Shown here: in pieces, positions 28,816 to 37,479 of the stretch
Numbering within the stretch: the first letter of the stretch is position 1
Layout: every line of letters begins with the position of its first letter
Assembly: GCA_040218575.1 (NCBI GenBank)
Contig: JAVJRE010000005.1
Coordinates: 26,419-90,418 of the forward strand
Source: Alphaproteobacteria bacterium
Lineage (GTDB): Bacteria > Pseudomonadota > Alphaproteobacteria > JAVJRE01
DNA length: 64,000 nucleotides
Reading direction: 5' to 3'
Program-made: the position numbers and the translations under genes
The notes under the pieces: model-generated
Told to the model about the DNA's origin: nothing
Database searches by the model: none
Seen by the model: the letters and a program-made list of their open reading frames with translations, nothing else

Positions 28816-30135
28816 TCAGCCCCAGCGCACGGCCTCGGTCGCCATCCAGGCCGCCTCGCCTTGTGTTGTCTGGCGGTCCAGCGCCTTGTTGCGCCAGGGA
28901 AATCGACCGAACAAAGCGATGGCCTCATGATGGTGGCGGGCGCTGGCCTGAGCGAATCGATGCTCCGGTTCCTCGCCGAGACCAGCAAACAGACGAATCG
29001 ATATCTCCTGATCGGCCAGGTCTTCGCTGTGCTCAAAGGGCAGATAGAAGAACCAGCGATGAACCGGCAGCACATGGCGGTCGAAGCCATGCATGATCGC
29101 ATGTCGCGCCACCTGGCGCGCCTTTGCGTCGGCCGCATGAGCCGCCGACGTGCCGCGGTAGAGGTGACGGGAGACCTGATCCAGCAGAACAATCAAGGCC
29201 AGGCATAAGGCGGGCTTTGCCGCCCACTCGTCCAACCGGCCAGCCACCGCCGCGCCGTGCAGATCGCTGAATGCCGCACGGATGGCATCATCCTGCTGGC
29301 GCCCGTGCTCGAACCACACAACGCGCCGGGCGCCATAGCCGGTTTCACCGGGCCTGAGAAACCAGAACGTCAGCACGTCCCGTGCCGCCGCCGGTACGTC
29401 CCCGTCCTGCAACGCGTCCGCCACCGCATCGCCAAAGACCGAGGCGGCGGGGCGCGGCACCGGCGGCAGAACGATGGGCCCCTGATCGGGCTCGTCACCG
29501 GGCGATTCGCCCCAGCGAATCCGTGTGGCGATCTGATAGGCCCGCTCTTCCGCTGTTGATTCGCGGCCCAGTGCGTCATTGCGCAACGGATAGCGACCGA
29601 AGCGGAAGACGGTCTCCTGGTGGGCGATGGCGCCGGCAATGGCGGAGAGGCTTTCGGAATCCTCCCCCAGCTCGCGGTACAGACCGACCGAACGATCCTG
29701 ATCGGCCAGGTCCTCGCTGTGCTCGAACGGCAGATAGAAAAACCAGCGCTGGACCGGCAGCACATGACGATCCCAACCGCGCAGCACCGCATGGCGGGCC
29801 AGCGCCCGGGCGTCGGCGTCACGGGCGAAGGCGCGCCCCTCGCCGCGGAACATGTTCCGTGAGAACTGATCGTAAAGAATGATGTTGGCGAGACAAGTGG
29901 CCGGATGGTCCCGCCAATGGGCCAGCGCACCGGCCTCGGCCTCAGCAAAGGTTGCAGAAAAACGCTGCCGGATAGTGGAGTCTATGGCATCACCGCCGGC
30001 AAACCACAGACGGCGGGAGACGCCCCACAGGGAGGAGTCCGGCCGACCGAACCAGAAGGTCAGGATGTCGGCGGCCGTATGGGGCAGGTCATCCAGGTCA
30101 TGGGACAGCCGGTCTGTCACCCACGCACCCATCAT
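28816..30135 (-). CDS. Protein with two tandem DUF924 domains
   Basis: Two copies of the pattern ILTFWF...WF...LDQFSRN(M/L)(F/Y)RG...F(F/L)YLPFEHSEDL...FGR(Y/F)P(L/W)RN. ATG at 30135 overlaps the upstream stop (ATGA). Confidence 0.75.
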   Translation of the reverse strand: MMGAWVTDRLSHDLDDLPHTAADILTFWFGRPDSSLWGVSRRLWFAGGDAIDSTIRQRFSATFAEAEAGALAHWRDHPATCLANIILYDQFSRNMFRGEGRAFARDADARALARHAVLRGWDRHVLPVQRWFFYLPFEHSEDLADQDRSVGLYRELGEDSESLSAIAGAIAHQETVFRFGRYPLRNDALGRESTAEERAYQIATRIRWGESPGDEPDQGPIVLPPVPRPAASVFGDAVADALQDGDVPAAARDVLTFWFLRPGETGYGARRVVWFEHGRQQDDAIRAAFSDLHGAAVAGRLDEWAAKPALCLALIVLLDQVSRHLYRGTSAAHAADAKARQVARHAIMHGFDRHVLPVHRWFFYLPFEHSEDLADQEISIRLFAGLGEEPEHRFAQASARHHHEAIALFGRFPWRNKALDRQTTQGEAAWMATEAVRWG

Positions 30136-30806
30136 GACGCGGATGAACCCGATGCGTTGCGTCGCGCCGCCTGTTCGGCCCGCCACCGGGCGCGCTGCTC
30201 CTCCAGCTCCTTCAGATACTGTGCCTCTTCAGCGGTTGTCTGGCGGCCGAGCGCGGCATTGCGGTAAGGAAAGCGGCCGAAGCGCGCGATCTCGTCATGG
30301 TGGCGCTGAGCCTGGCGCATGGTCATGTCACCGTCACCGTCAGGCGAGCCGTCCACCAGCGATCCGAACAGCTCCAGGGCACGCTTCTGAATGGCGATGT
30401 CTTCGCCATGCATGAAAGGCATGTAGAGGAAGAGCCGCTCATAATAGGACAACGCCGTATCGCCGCCGCTGGCGATTGCCGCGCCGGCCAGTTGGCGCGC
30501 CCGTGCATCCGTTTGGAAGGCACGGCCGTCATCGCGGAACATGTTGCGCGAGAACTGATCGAACAGAATGACCAGGGCGAGCGTCCCGCGCGGCGACCCG
30601 GTCAGCTCATCCAGTTGCCCGGCGGCGGCGGCTTCATAGGCCGGTCCGAAGCGGCGGCGGATTTCCTCGTCCACCGCCGGACCGCCGGCGAACCAGTGGT
30701 CGCGGCGGCGGCCATGTTCGCCATGGCCGGCCGGCGCGAACCAATAGTCCAGAACGTCCCGCGCCACCGCCGCAGGATCGAGCGGCGCAGCGGTCTCAGC
30801 GCTCAT
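30132..30806 (-). CDS. DUF924 family protein (single domain)
   Basis: VLDYWF...HWFAGG...LFDQFSRNMFRD...FLYMPFMHGEDI...FGRFPYRNAALGR. ATG at 30806 overlaps the upstream stop (ATGA). Confidence 0.75.
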   Translation of the reverse strand: MSAETAAPLDPAAVARDVLDYWFAPAGHGEHGRRRDHWFAGGPAVDEEIRRRFGPAYEAAAAGQLDELTGSPRGTLALVILFDQFSRNMFRDDGRAFQTDARARQLAGAAIASGGDTALSYYERLFLYMPFMHGEDIAIQKRALELFGSLVDGSPDGDGDMTMRQAQRHHDEIARFGRFPYRNAALGRQTTAEEAQYLKELEEQRARWRAEQAARRNASGSSAS

Positions 30807-31165
30807 GCGGCGACCAGCGCGCGCAGGCCTTCGAGCCTGAGTGGCAACGGCACACCGAGCCACAGACAATTGACCGCATGGTCGGCGTAAGCGTCGTCTG
30901 TATTGGGGTGAACCAGGATGTCCAGGTCGCGGCGGTTCAGCATCAGCCAGGGCACCAGCCGGTCAAACTGATCATTGGCGAAGGCCACCTGATACATGGA
31001 CTGAGGGTGCGGCCCGACGGGCGCCTCGCGCCAGCGGCCCATGACCACCCGGAACCTCTGCTCGATTTCCTGGCGCAGCCACTCCGCCACCGGCCGGCTG
31101 GCTCCGTCGTAGTAGATGTGCGCGTGAAAACCGTCGATATCGGACTCGTCGCGTGGCTGATCCAT
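30803..31165 (-). CDS. DOPA 4,5-dioxygenase-family protein
   Basis: 120 aa: FHAHIYYD...PVGPHPQSMYQVAF...VPWLMLNRRDLDILVHPNT.D...DH...LWLG. GGAGAGG RBS before the ATG at 31165. Confidence 0.65.
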   Translation of the reverse strand: MDQPRDESDIDGFHAHIYYDGASRPVAEWLRQEIEQRFRVVMGRWREAPVGPHPQSMYQVAFANDQFDRLVPWLMLNRRDLDILVHPNTDDAYADHAVNCLWLGVPLPLRLEGLRALVAA

Positions 31166-31306
31166 GCCGCCTCTCCGCTGTATTCCACTGTGTTCGGCCC
31201 CATTGTCCCATCCGGCTGATACCCGGGTCCAGACCGGGCGGAGCGACCTTTCGGCCTGCGCTACCATCGCCTAGGGTCCGCCCGGGCAGCGTTTGGGGAG
31301 CGATTG

Positions 31307-32356
31307 ATGACCGTATTGATCACCGGTGGCGGCGGCTTTGTCATGGCCAACCTGGCGCGGCTGTGGCTGGAGTCCACGCCCGATGGCCAATCGCCTGACG
31401 TGGTGGTGCTGGACGCGGCCGCACCCGACCCAGTATTCCGGCGCGCCTTTGCCGATGCGGGCGACCGGCTGACCTATGTTCAGGCCGACGTTACGCGGCC
31501 GGAAAGCTGGAACCATGCGGTCGCCGGCCGCACCATCCGCGCCATCGTCCATGCCGCCACCATCACGCCGAATACCCAGGGGCCACCGGAGAAAGCCAAG
31601 GTGGTGCCAGAGCGCGATATTCCGGCGCGCATTCTCGACGTCAACATCATGGGCACCGTGCAAATGCTGGAGTTCGCACGTCAGTGCCCTGACCTGAAGC
31701 GGTTCATCTATGTCAGTTCCGGGTCGGTCTATGGCGATCATGGACCGGACATCGCTGGTGCGCCGTTGCCGGAGGACGGATGGGTCGAACCGCACGAGCT
31801 GTACGCTGTTTCCAAATACAGTTCGGAGCTGATCACCCGACGCTATGCGGAACTGTTCGGCCTGAGTGCCGTGTCGGTCCGCCTGTCCGGCGTGTTCGGC
31901 CCGTTCGACCGGGCCACACCGGCCCGCACCTATGAGTGCGCACCGAACCGTGTTGCGCATCTGGCGCTCGCCGGGCGCACCATCCGGGTCGACCGCCTGG
32001 ACGCCATCGGTGACTGGATCAGCGCGCCGGACATTGCCCGTGCGCTGGTCCACCTGCTGCTGGCGGAGTCGCCCCGTCACTCCGTTTACAATATCGCCCA
32101 GGGCCGCACCGATACCGTGGCTGATCTGCTGCGCCATACCCGGGCGGTGCTGCCCCAGACCCGCTGGCAGGAGAGCGCGGCGGACAGCGCCGACGTGCTG
32201 CAGGGCGGCCCCTATACCGGCGGCCGCTGGGGTGCCTATGACATCGCGCGGCTCAGGGACGAGTTCGGCTGGCAGCCAACACCGCTGGCCGCGGCGATGG
32301 CCGAGTACATAGGCTGGATCCGGCAGATCGAGATGCCGGCCCGGGCATTACGCTAA
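31307..32356 (+). CDS. NAD-dependent epimerase/dehydratase (extended SDR) family protein
   Basis: VLITGGGGFVMANL Rossmann motif and YAVSKYSSE catalytic YxxxK. GGGGAG lies 6 nt before the ATG at 31307. Confidence 0.75.
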   Translation: MTVLITGGGGFVMANLARLWLESTPDGQSPDVVVLDAAAPDPVFRRAFADAGDRLTYVQADVTRPESWNHAVAGRTIRAIVHAATITPNTQGPPEKAKVVPERDIPARILDVNIMGTVQMLEFARQCPDLKRFIYVSSGSVYGDHGPDIAGAPLPEDGWVEPHELYAVSKYSSELITRRYAELFGLSAVSVRLSGVFGPFDRATPARTYECAPNRVAHLALAGRTIRVDRLDAIGDWISAPDIARALVHLLLAESPRHSVYNIAQGRTDTVADLLRHTRAVLPQTRWQESAADSADVLQGGPYTGGRWGAYDIARLRDEFGWQPTPLAAAMAEYIGWIRQIEMPARALR

Positions 32357-32581
32357 AGACCGGGCAAAAGCCCAAAAACGGACACGCCCTTGCCATAATC
32401 CCTATTAATCATAGCTTTAACAAAGAAGGTTGCAATACAGCTACAATTCATGGTTGTATGTTGCGTTGTTAACCCTAAGAACGGCCGCACAAGCGGTTGT
32501 TATCCACAGGAGGGGGCCCCTGTAGTCGGGGCCGGCAAGGCGTCTCGACCCTGGTGCGATGCAGCCGGGATGGAGTGAGCC

Positions 32582-33865
32582 ATGAAAGCCACGCGAAGAG
32601 CCCCCACGGTCCCAGCCGCCCAAGCTCCAATTGCTGAGGGCACCGCCGCGACACCGGCTGTCGTCGTCATGCCCACGCCCCGGCCAAGCAATCCATCAGC
32701 CGACGCGCCAGCCCTGGATGCGATTCTCGACTCGCTGCAGGAAGGGGTTGCCGTGTTCGACGCGAGGGACCGGCTGGTGTGCTGCAACAACCGCTTCCGC
32801 GATCTCTTTCCCCATCTTGGCCAGATGATCCGACCCGGTGTCCGTTTCAGGAGCCTGGTCCGGGTGGAGACCCGCGCCGCGGCGCGCAAACAGGCCCGTC
32901 GCACCGGATCGGTGGAAGAGCGGCTGCGTCAGCGTATGCTTAGACATGAACACCCGTCCGGCGCCTTCGAGCAGCAACTGCCCGATGACCGCTGGATCTG
33001 GGTCCGCGAACGAAAGCTGGACGATGGCACGACGATTTCCACCTATGTGGATATCAGCGATGTCAAACACCGTCAGGCCGCGCTTGAAACAGCGCGTCTG
33101 GAGGCCGAGGCGGCCAGTGACAGAAGCCGCCGCCTGCTGGCCGATGTGACCCATGAGTTGCGTACGCCGGTGACGGCCATCATGGGATTTTCCGATCTGA
33201 TGCGCGAAGGCCATATGGGCCCGCTGAACAACCCACGCCTGGCCGAGTATCTCAAGGACATTCACGATTCAGGCGAGCACATGCTGGCCCTGATCAACGA
33301 CCTGCTGGATCACGCCAAGCTGGAGGCCGGCGCCGTCCGGCTGACCGAATCGGAAGTGAGCCTGGCTGACCTGGCCACAGAATGTACGCGCATGCTGAAG
33401 CCGGACGCCGACCGCCGCGGCCTGACTCTGTCCCTCAAAGTCCAGCCGCTGCCTCCGTTTATCGTTGATCACCGAAGCTTGCGGCAAGTACTGCTCAACC
33501 TCCTGTCCAACGCCCTCAAGGCGACACCGCCCGGCGGTCGCGTCAGCCTGCGCATTGCCAGGGCGGCCAACGGGGACGGCCACCTGGTGGTGCGCGATAG
33601 CGGGCGCGGCATGACGGCCCGCGAGATCGCCATCGCCTTCACGCCCTTCGGCCAGATCACCGGCAGCGATAATTCAGGCAGCGACTCCGGAACCGGCCTC
33701 GGCCTGCCCATCGCCCGCCGCCTGGTCGAGCTGCATGGCGGACGGCTGGATATGACCAGCCGGCCCGGACACGGCACCACGGCGCTCGTGGTGCTGCCGG
33801 CGGCGCGGGCACGGGGCGTCGCGGCCAACCACGACATGCCGGCGGACCAAAAAGAAGCGGGCTAG
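32582..33865 (+). CDS. Cytoplasmic PAS-domain sensor histidine kinase (no adjacent response regulator)
   Basis: PAS-like LDSLQEGVAVFDARDRLVCCNNRF, H-box THELRTPVTAIMGFSDL, N-box LLNLLSNALKA, G-boxes RDSGRGM and GTGLGLPI. No TM segments. Confidence 0.85.
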   Translation: MKATRRAPTVPAAQAPIAEGTAATPAVVVMPTPRPSNPSADAPALDAILDSLQEGVAVFDARDRLVCCNNRFRDLFPHLGQMIRPGVRFRSLVRVETRAAARKQARRTGSVEERLRQRMLRHEHPSGAFEQQLPDDRWIWVRERKLDDGTTISTYVDISDVKHRQAALETARLEAEAASDRSRRLLADVTHELRTPVTAIMGFSDLMREGHMGPLNNPRLAEYLKDIHDSGEHMLALINDLLDHAKLEAGAVRLTESEVSLADLATECTRMLKPDADRRGLTLSLKVQPLPPFIVDHRSLRQVLLNLLSNALKATPPGGRVSLRIARAANGDGHLVVRDSGRGMTAREIAIAFTPFGQITGSDNSGSDSGTGLGLPIARRLVELHGGRLDMTSRPGHGTTALVVLPAARARGVAANHDMPADQKEAG

Positions 33866-33957
33866 CCCTGAGGGCCGCGACCGGGGCCGACAGCAGAACG
33901 GCGGGAGGCTAGGATCGTTTGATCGATTTCCCCCGCCTCCTACGGACGGACCTGCCA

Positions 33958-35202
33958 ATGGCCCTGCTGGAAGACAATACCGCGTGCGAGCGGCCGACCT
34001 TCACAACCCATCTGGAGTGCAGCCGCACCGGCGCCACAAGGCCGGCTGACGCGCTGGTGGGACTGTCCGATGCGGGCGCGCCGTTGCTGGTGCGCTATGA
34101 CCTGGCGGCTGTCGGTCGCGCCGTGGACCGCGACGCCCTGCAACGGCGCGCACCGGACTTCTGGCGCTATCGCGAATTGCTGCCGGTGCGCCGGACCGAG
34201 GATATCGTATCCCTGGGCGAGGTGATGACGCCGCTGGTCAGCCTGCCACGCTGGGGTGGAGAGCTGGGCGCCAGGCGCCTGACGGTCAAGGATGAAAGCC
34301 GCCTGCCCACCGGGTCATTCAAGGCGCGGGGTCTGGCCATGGCGGTGAGCATGGCGAAAGCCCTTGGCGTCACGCGCATGGCCATGCCGACCAATGGCAA
34401 TGCGGGGGCGGCACTTGCCGCCTATGGCCGTCGCGCCGGCATGGAGACCTATGTCTTCTGCCCGGACGACACGCCGGAGGTGAATGTACGGGAGATTGCC
34501 CTGCAGGGCGCCCGCGTGTGGCGAGTCAATGGTCTGATCAATGACTGCGGCCGGATCGTCGGCGAGGGCAAGGAGCCCATGGGCTGGTTCGACACATCGA
34601 CCCTGAAGGAGCCCTATCGCATCGAAGGCAAGAAGACCATGGGCCTGGAGCTGGCGGAGCAGCTCGGCTGGACCCTGCCGGACGCCATCTTCTATCCCAC
34701 CGGCGGCGGCACCGGCCTGATCGGCATGTGGAAGGCCTTTGACGAGATGGAGCAGCTTGGCTGGATCGGCGCCGGGCGACCGCGCATGGTGGCGGTCCAG
34801 GCCAGCGGCTGCGCCCCCATGGTCCGCGCCTGGGAAGACGGTGCCGACAGCGCCCCGGTCTGGCCGGACGCGCACACGGTAGCGGCGGGCATCCGGGTGC
34901 CGGTGGCCATCGGCGATTTCCTTATCCTGCGGGCGGTGCGCGACAGCGGCGGCTTTGCCATCGCCGTGGACGATTCGGATATTCTGGCGGCACAAGCGCA
35001 GATCGCCGCGGCGGACGGCATGCTGCTGGGACCGGAGGGCGCGGCCACGGCCGCCGCCTGGCGCCAGGCCGTAAGCCGCGGGCTGATCCACAAGGATGCC
35101 CATGTGGTTCTGTTCAACTGTGGCTCACCGCTCAAATACCCCATGCCGGCGGCGCCAGCGCGGCTCGACCGCCATGGTCCGATCGCCTATGAGCGGCTCT
35201 GA
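33958..35202 (+). CDS. Threonine-synthase-like PLP-dependent (fold type II) enzyme
   Basis: PTGSFKARG PLP-lysine motif, TNGNAGAALAAY, YPTGGGTGLIGMWKAF. The N-terminus resembles the short ThrC type. The start could be 33919 (TTG) or 33958 (ATG). Confidence 0.7.
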   Translation: MALLEDNTACERPTFTTHLECSRTGATRPADALVGLSDAGAPLLVRYDLAAVGRAVDRDALQRRAPDFWRYRELLPVRRTEDIVSLGEVMTPLVSLPRWGGELGARRLTVKDESRLPTGSFKARGLAMAVSMAKALGVTRMAMPTNGNAGAALAAYGRRAGMETYVFCPDDTPEVNVREIALQGARVWRVNGLINDCGRIVGEGKEPMGWFDTSTLKEPYRIEGKKTMGLELAEQLGWTLPDAIFYPTGGGTGLIGMWKAFDEMEQLGWIGAGRPRMVAVQASGCAPMVRAWEDGADSAPVWPDAHTVAAGIRVPVAIGDFLILRAVRDSGGFAIAVDDSDILAAQAQIAAADGMLLGPEGAATAAAWRQAVSRGLIHKDAHVVLFNCGSPLKYPMPAAPARLDRHGPIAYERL

Positions 35203-36790
35203 GAAGGCGGCAGGCCCGCTGGCAGACAATCAGGCCAGCCAGGCCCGGACGGTCCGCCTGCTGGCTGACCCGGCGACCCATGGCGGCGTCCCGGTCACGG
35301 TAATCGAGACCCATGTGCACCGGGTCTTTCTGGCGGGAGAACGGGCCTACAAGCTCAAACGCGCCGTCCGCTATCCCTATCTCGACTACAGCACCGTCGA
35401 TCGGCGACATGCCATGGCCGGGGCCGAGGTCGGGATCAATCGCCGCACGGCACCCGAGCTCTATCTCGGCCTGACGCCCGTGGTGCAGCGCGGTACGGGC
35501 CTGGCTCTCGGCCGTCTGACGGAGCCCGATGCGACCGTGCCGGAGGCGGACAGCGTGGTGGACTGGCTGGTCACCATGCGTCGGTTCGACAATGACTGTC
35601 TTATGTCCGCCATGGCCGAGGCCGGCCGGCTGAACCTGGCGACCGTCAACCGCCTGGTGGATGAACTGGCGCACTTCCATGGCTCCGTGCAACCGCGCCG
35701 GCAGGACAATACGACGGCTCGCTTTGCCTCCAGCCTGGAGGAATCTCTGGACGAGCTGCGCAGCGCACCGCATCTCTTTCCCTCCACCGACGTCGCGGCG
35801 CTGAGCCAGGCGGCAAGGCAGGCTATGGCCCGCTTCGGACCGATGATGGACCAGCGCGGACGGGACGGTTTCGTTCGCCACTGTCATGGCGATCTGCATC
35901 TGCGCAATGTCTATGTGACGGCGGACGGACGGCCCGTGCCGTTCGACGCGGCGGAGTTCAGCATTGATCTGGTGACGGTAGACGTGTGGGACGATCTGGC
36001 CTACCTGCTGATGGACCTGTGGCATCGCGGCGCCCGCCATCTGGCCAATGGCGCCATGAACCGTTACGCGGAGAACACCGCTGACTATGCGGGAATGGCG
36101 CCGCTGCCTCTGTATCTGGCGGCACGCGCAGTGATTCGGGCGAAGGTTGCGGCCAGCGCCCATGCACTGGCGCCCCCTGGCGGCCGGGCGGCTCTGGCCC
36201 ACGAAGCCCGTGCCTATCTGCGGAGCGCCCGCCTGTTTCTGGCGCCGCGCCCGCCACGGCTGGCGGCCATCGGTGGCCTCTCGGGCACCGGCAAGACGAC
36301 CCTGGCCCGGGCGCTGGCCCCTGACCTGGGCACACCGCCGGGCGCCCTGGTCCTGCGTAGCGATGTGACCCGCAAGATCATGGCCGGGGCCGGCCGGCTG
36401 GACCGCCTGCGGCCGGATTCCTATACGCCGCAGAGCAGCGCCGCAGTCTATGGACGGTTGTGGCAGATGGCGGCCGATGGCCTGGCGCGTGGTCAGAGCG
36501 TCATCGTTGATGCGGTCCATGGCCGGCCGCAGGAGCGAACCGCCATTGCCGACGTGGCGCGGCACGCCGGCACGCCCTTTGCCGGACTGTGGCTGGAGGC
36601 GGATACGGCAACCCTGACGTCGCGCATCGCCGGTCGAACCGGTGATGAATCCGACGCAACCCCGGAGGTGGTTGCCATACAGGCCGCCCGTGATACCGGC
36701 CCGATGACATGGTCAAGGCTGGACGTATCGGGGGAGCGCAGCGACGCCGTCCGTTCCGCCTGGGCCGCGCTGCGCCGCGCCGGTCTATAG
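35189..36790 (+). CDS. Bifunctional APH-fold phosphotransferase / P-loop (AAA_33-like) kinase protein
   Basis: N-domain with Brenner motif HCHGDLHLRNV. C-domain with Walker A GLSGTGKTTLARALA. The ATG at 35189 overlaps the preceding gene by 14 nt. Confidence 0.7.
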   Translation: MSGSEKAAGPLADNQASQARTVRLLADPATHGGVPVTVIETHVHRVFLAGERAYKLKRAVRYPYLDYSTVDRRHAMAGAEVGINRRTAPELYLGLTPVVQRGTGLALGRLTEPDATVPEADSVVDWLVTMRRFDNDCLMSAMAEAGRLNLATVNRLVDELAHFHGSVQPRRQDNTTARFASSLEESLDELRSAPHLFPSTDVAALSQAARQAMARFGPMMDQRGRDGFVRHCHGDLHLRNVYVTADGRPVPFDAAEFSIDLVTVDVWDDLAYLLMDLWHRGARHLANGAMNRYAENTADYAGMAPLPLYLAARAVIRAKVAASAHALAPPGGRAALAHEARAYLRSARLFLAPRPPRLAAIGGLSGTGKTTLARALAPDLGTPPGALVLRSDVTRKIMAGAGRLDRLRPDSYTPQSSAAVYGRLWQMAADGLARGQSVIVDAVHGRPQERTAIADVARHAGTPFAGLWLEADTATLTSRIAGRTGDESDATPEVVAIQAARDTGPMTWSRLDVSGERSDAVRSAWAALRRAGL

Positions 36791-36800
36791 AGGCAGACGA

Positions 36801-37337
36801 TCAGAACAAATCGTCGATGGCGTCCTGACCAAGACTTTCCCGTCCGGCATTAACGATGGCGCGGGCCTCGACAAGCATCAGGTCCAGTTGCTCGCGGGTG
36901 GCGGCACTGACCGCTTGCAGCGCTTTCTGGTCGTCAGCGGCAATGGCTTTCTCAATGGCGACGATATTATCTCTGATGAGATCGTTCATGCACTCGATCA
37001 GAGAGTCGAACTCCCTCCTGTAAGGGTCGGGCGACTGCTCATAGGCCTCGACGGCAAGCTCGCGAAAGGCTAGCTGGCTACGATGGAAATGCTCCTGGTA
37101 GCTGACCGGCTTCCAGTTGCGGACCTCGTCCAGGGCGCCTCGATCCTCGGCAATGAGATCGATCACCATCTGGATTTCGTTGAACCGATTGAGGTAGTCG
37201 GTCGTCAGGAGGGTTTCGTCATTGATCGACGTGCCGCGCACCTGCTCGCGAATCGCCTCCAGACGCCCGTCGCAATCGCCGGCGTCCTGCGATATCACAC
37301 TTGCATCCCGGCGCAGCGCCGCTTCGGACTCAGTCAT
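36801..37337 (-). CDS. Hypothetical protein (178 aa, predicted helical, acidic)
   Basis: ORF with a strong RBS (GGGGGAGGG) before the ATG at 37337. I recognise no family motif. Confidence 0.55.
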   Translation of the reverse strand: MTESEAALRRDASVISQDAGDCDGRLEAIREQVRGTSINDETLLTTDYLNRFNEIQMVIDLIAEDRGALDEVRNWKPVSYQEHFHRSQLAFRELAVEAYEQSPDPYRREFDSLIECMNDLIRDNIVAIEKAIAADDQKALQAVSAATREQLDLMLVEARAIVNAGRESLGQDAIDDLF

Positions 37338-37479
37338 GAATCCCTCCCCCGAGGCCGTAGGCATAGCGCCCAGCCGCACAGCAAAGCATCCCCGTCTTAA
37401 CCAAAGGTTGAAAGAAGAGCGAAAATGGCGCCCCGCGGCCGGCTCTTGATCGATCCCCGGCGTTCTGTATGCCATAGGC

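Noticed and set aside
28200-29192. 330-aa Arg-rich minus-strand ORF across the methyltransferase and DUF924 genes
   Set aside because: It crosses a convergent gene junction, has an extreme Arg/Ala/Ser/Pro composition, and competes with two frames that have clear family patterns.
32362-32380. GGGC-aaaa-GCCC followed by AAAAA after the epimerase gene as a terminator
   Set aside because: The stem is only 4 bp, and the A-tract is on the wrong side for plus-strand termination.
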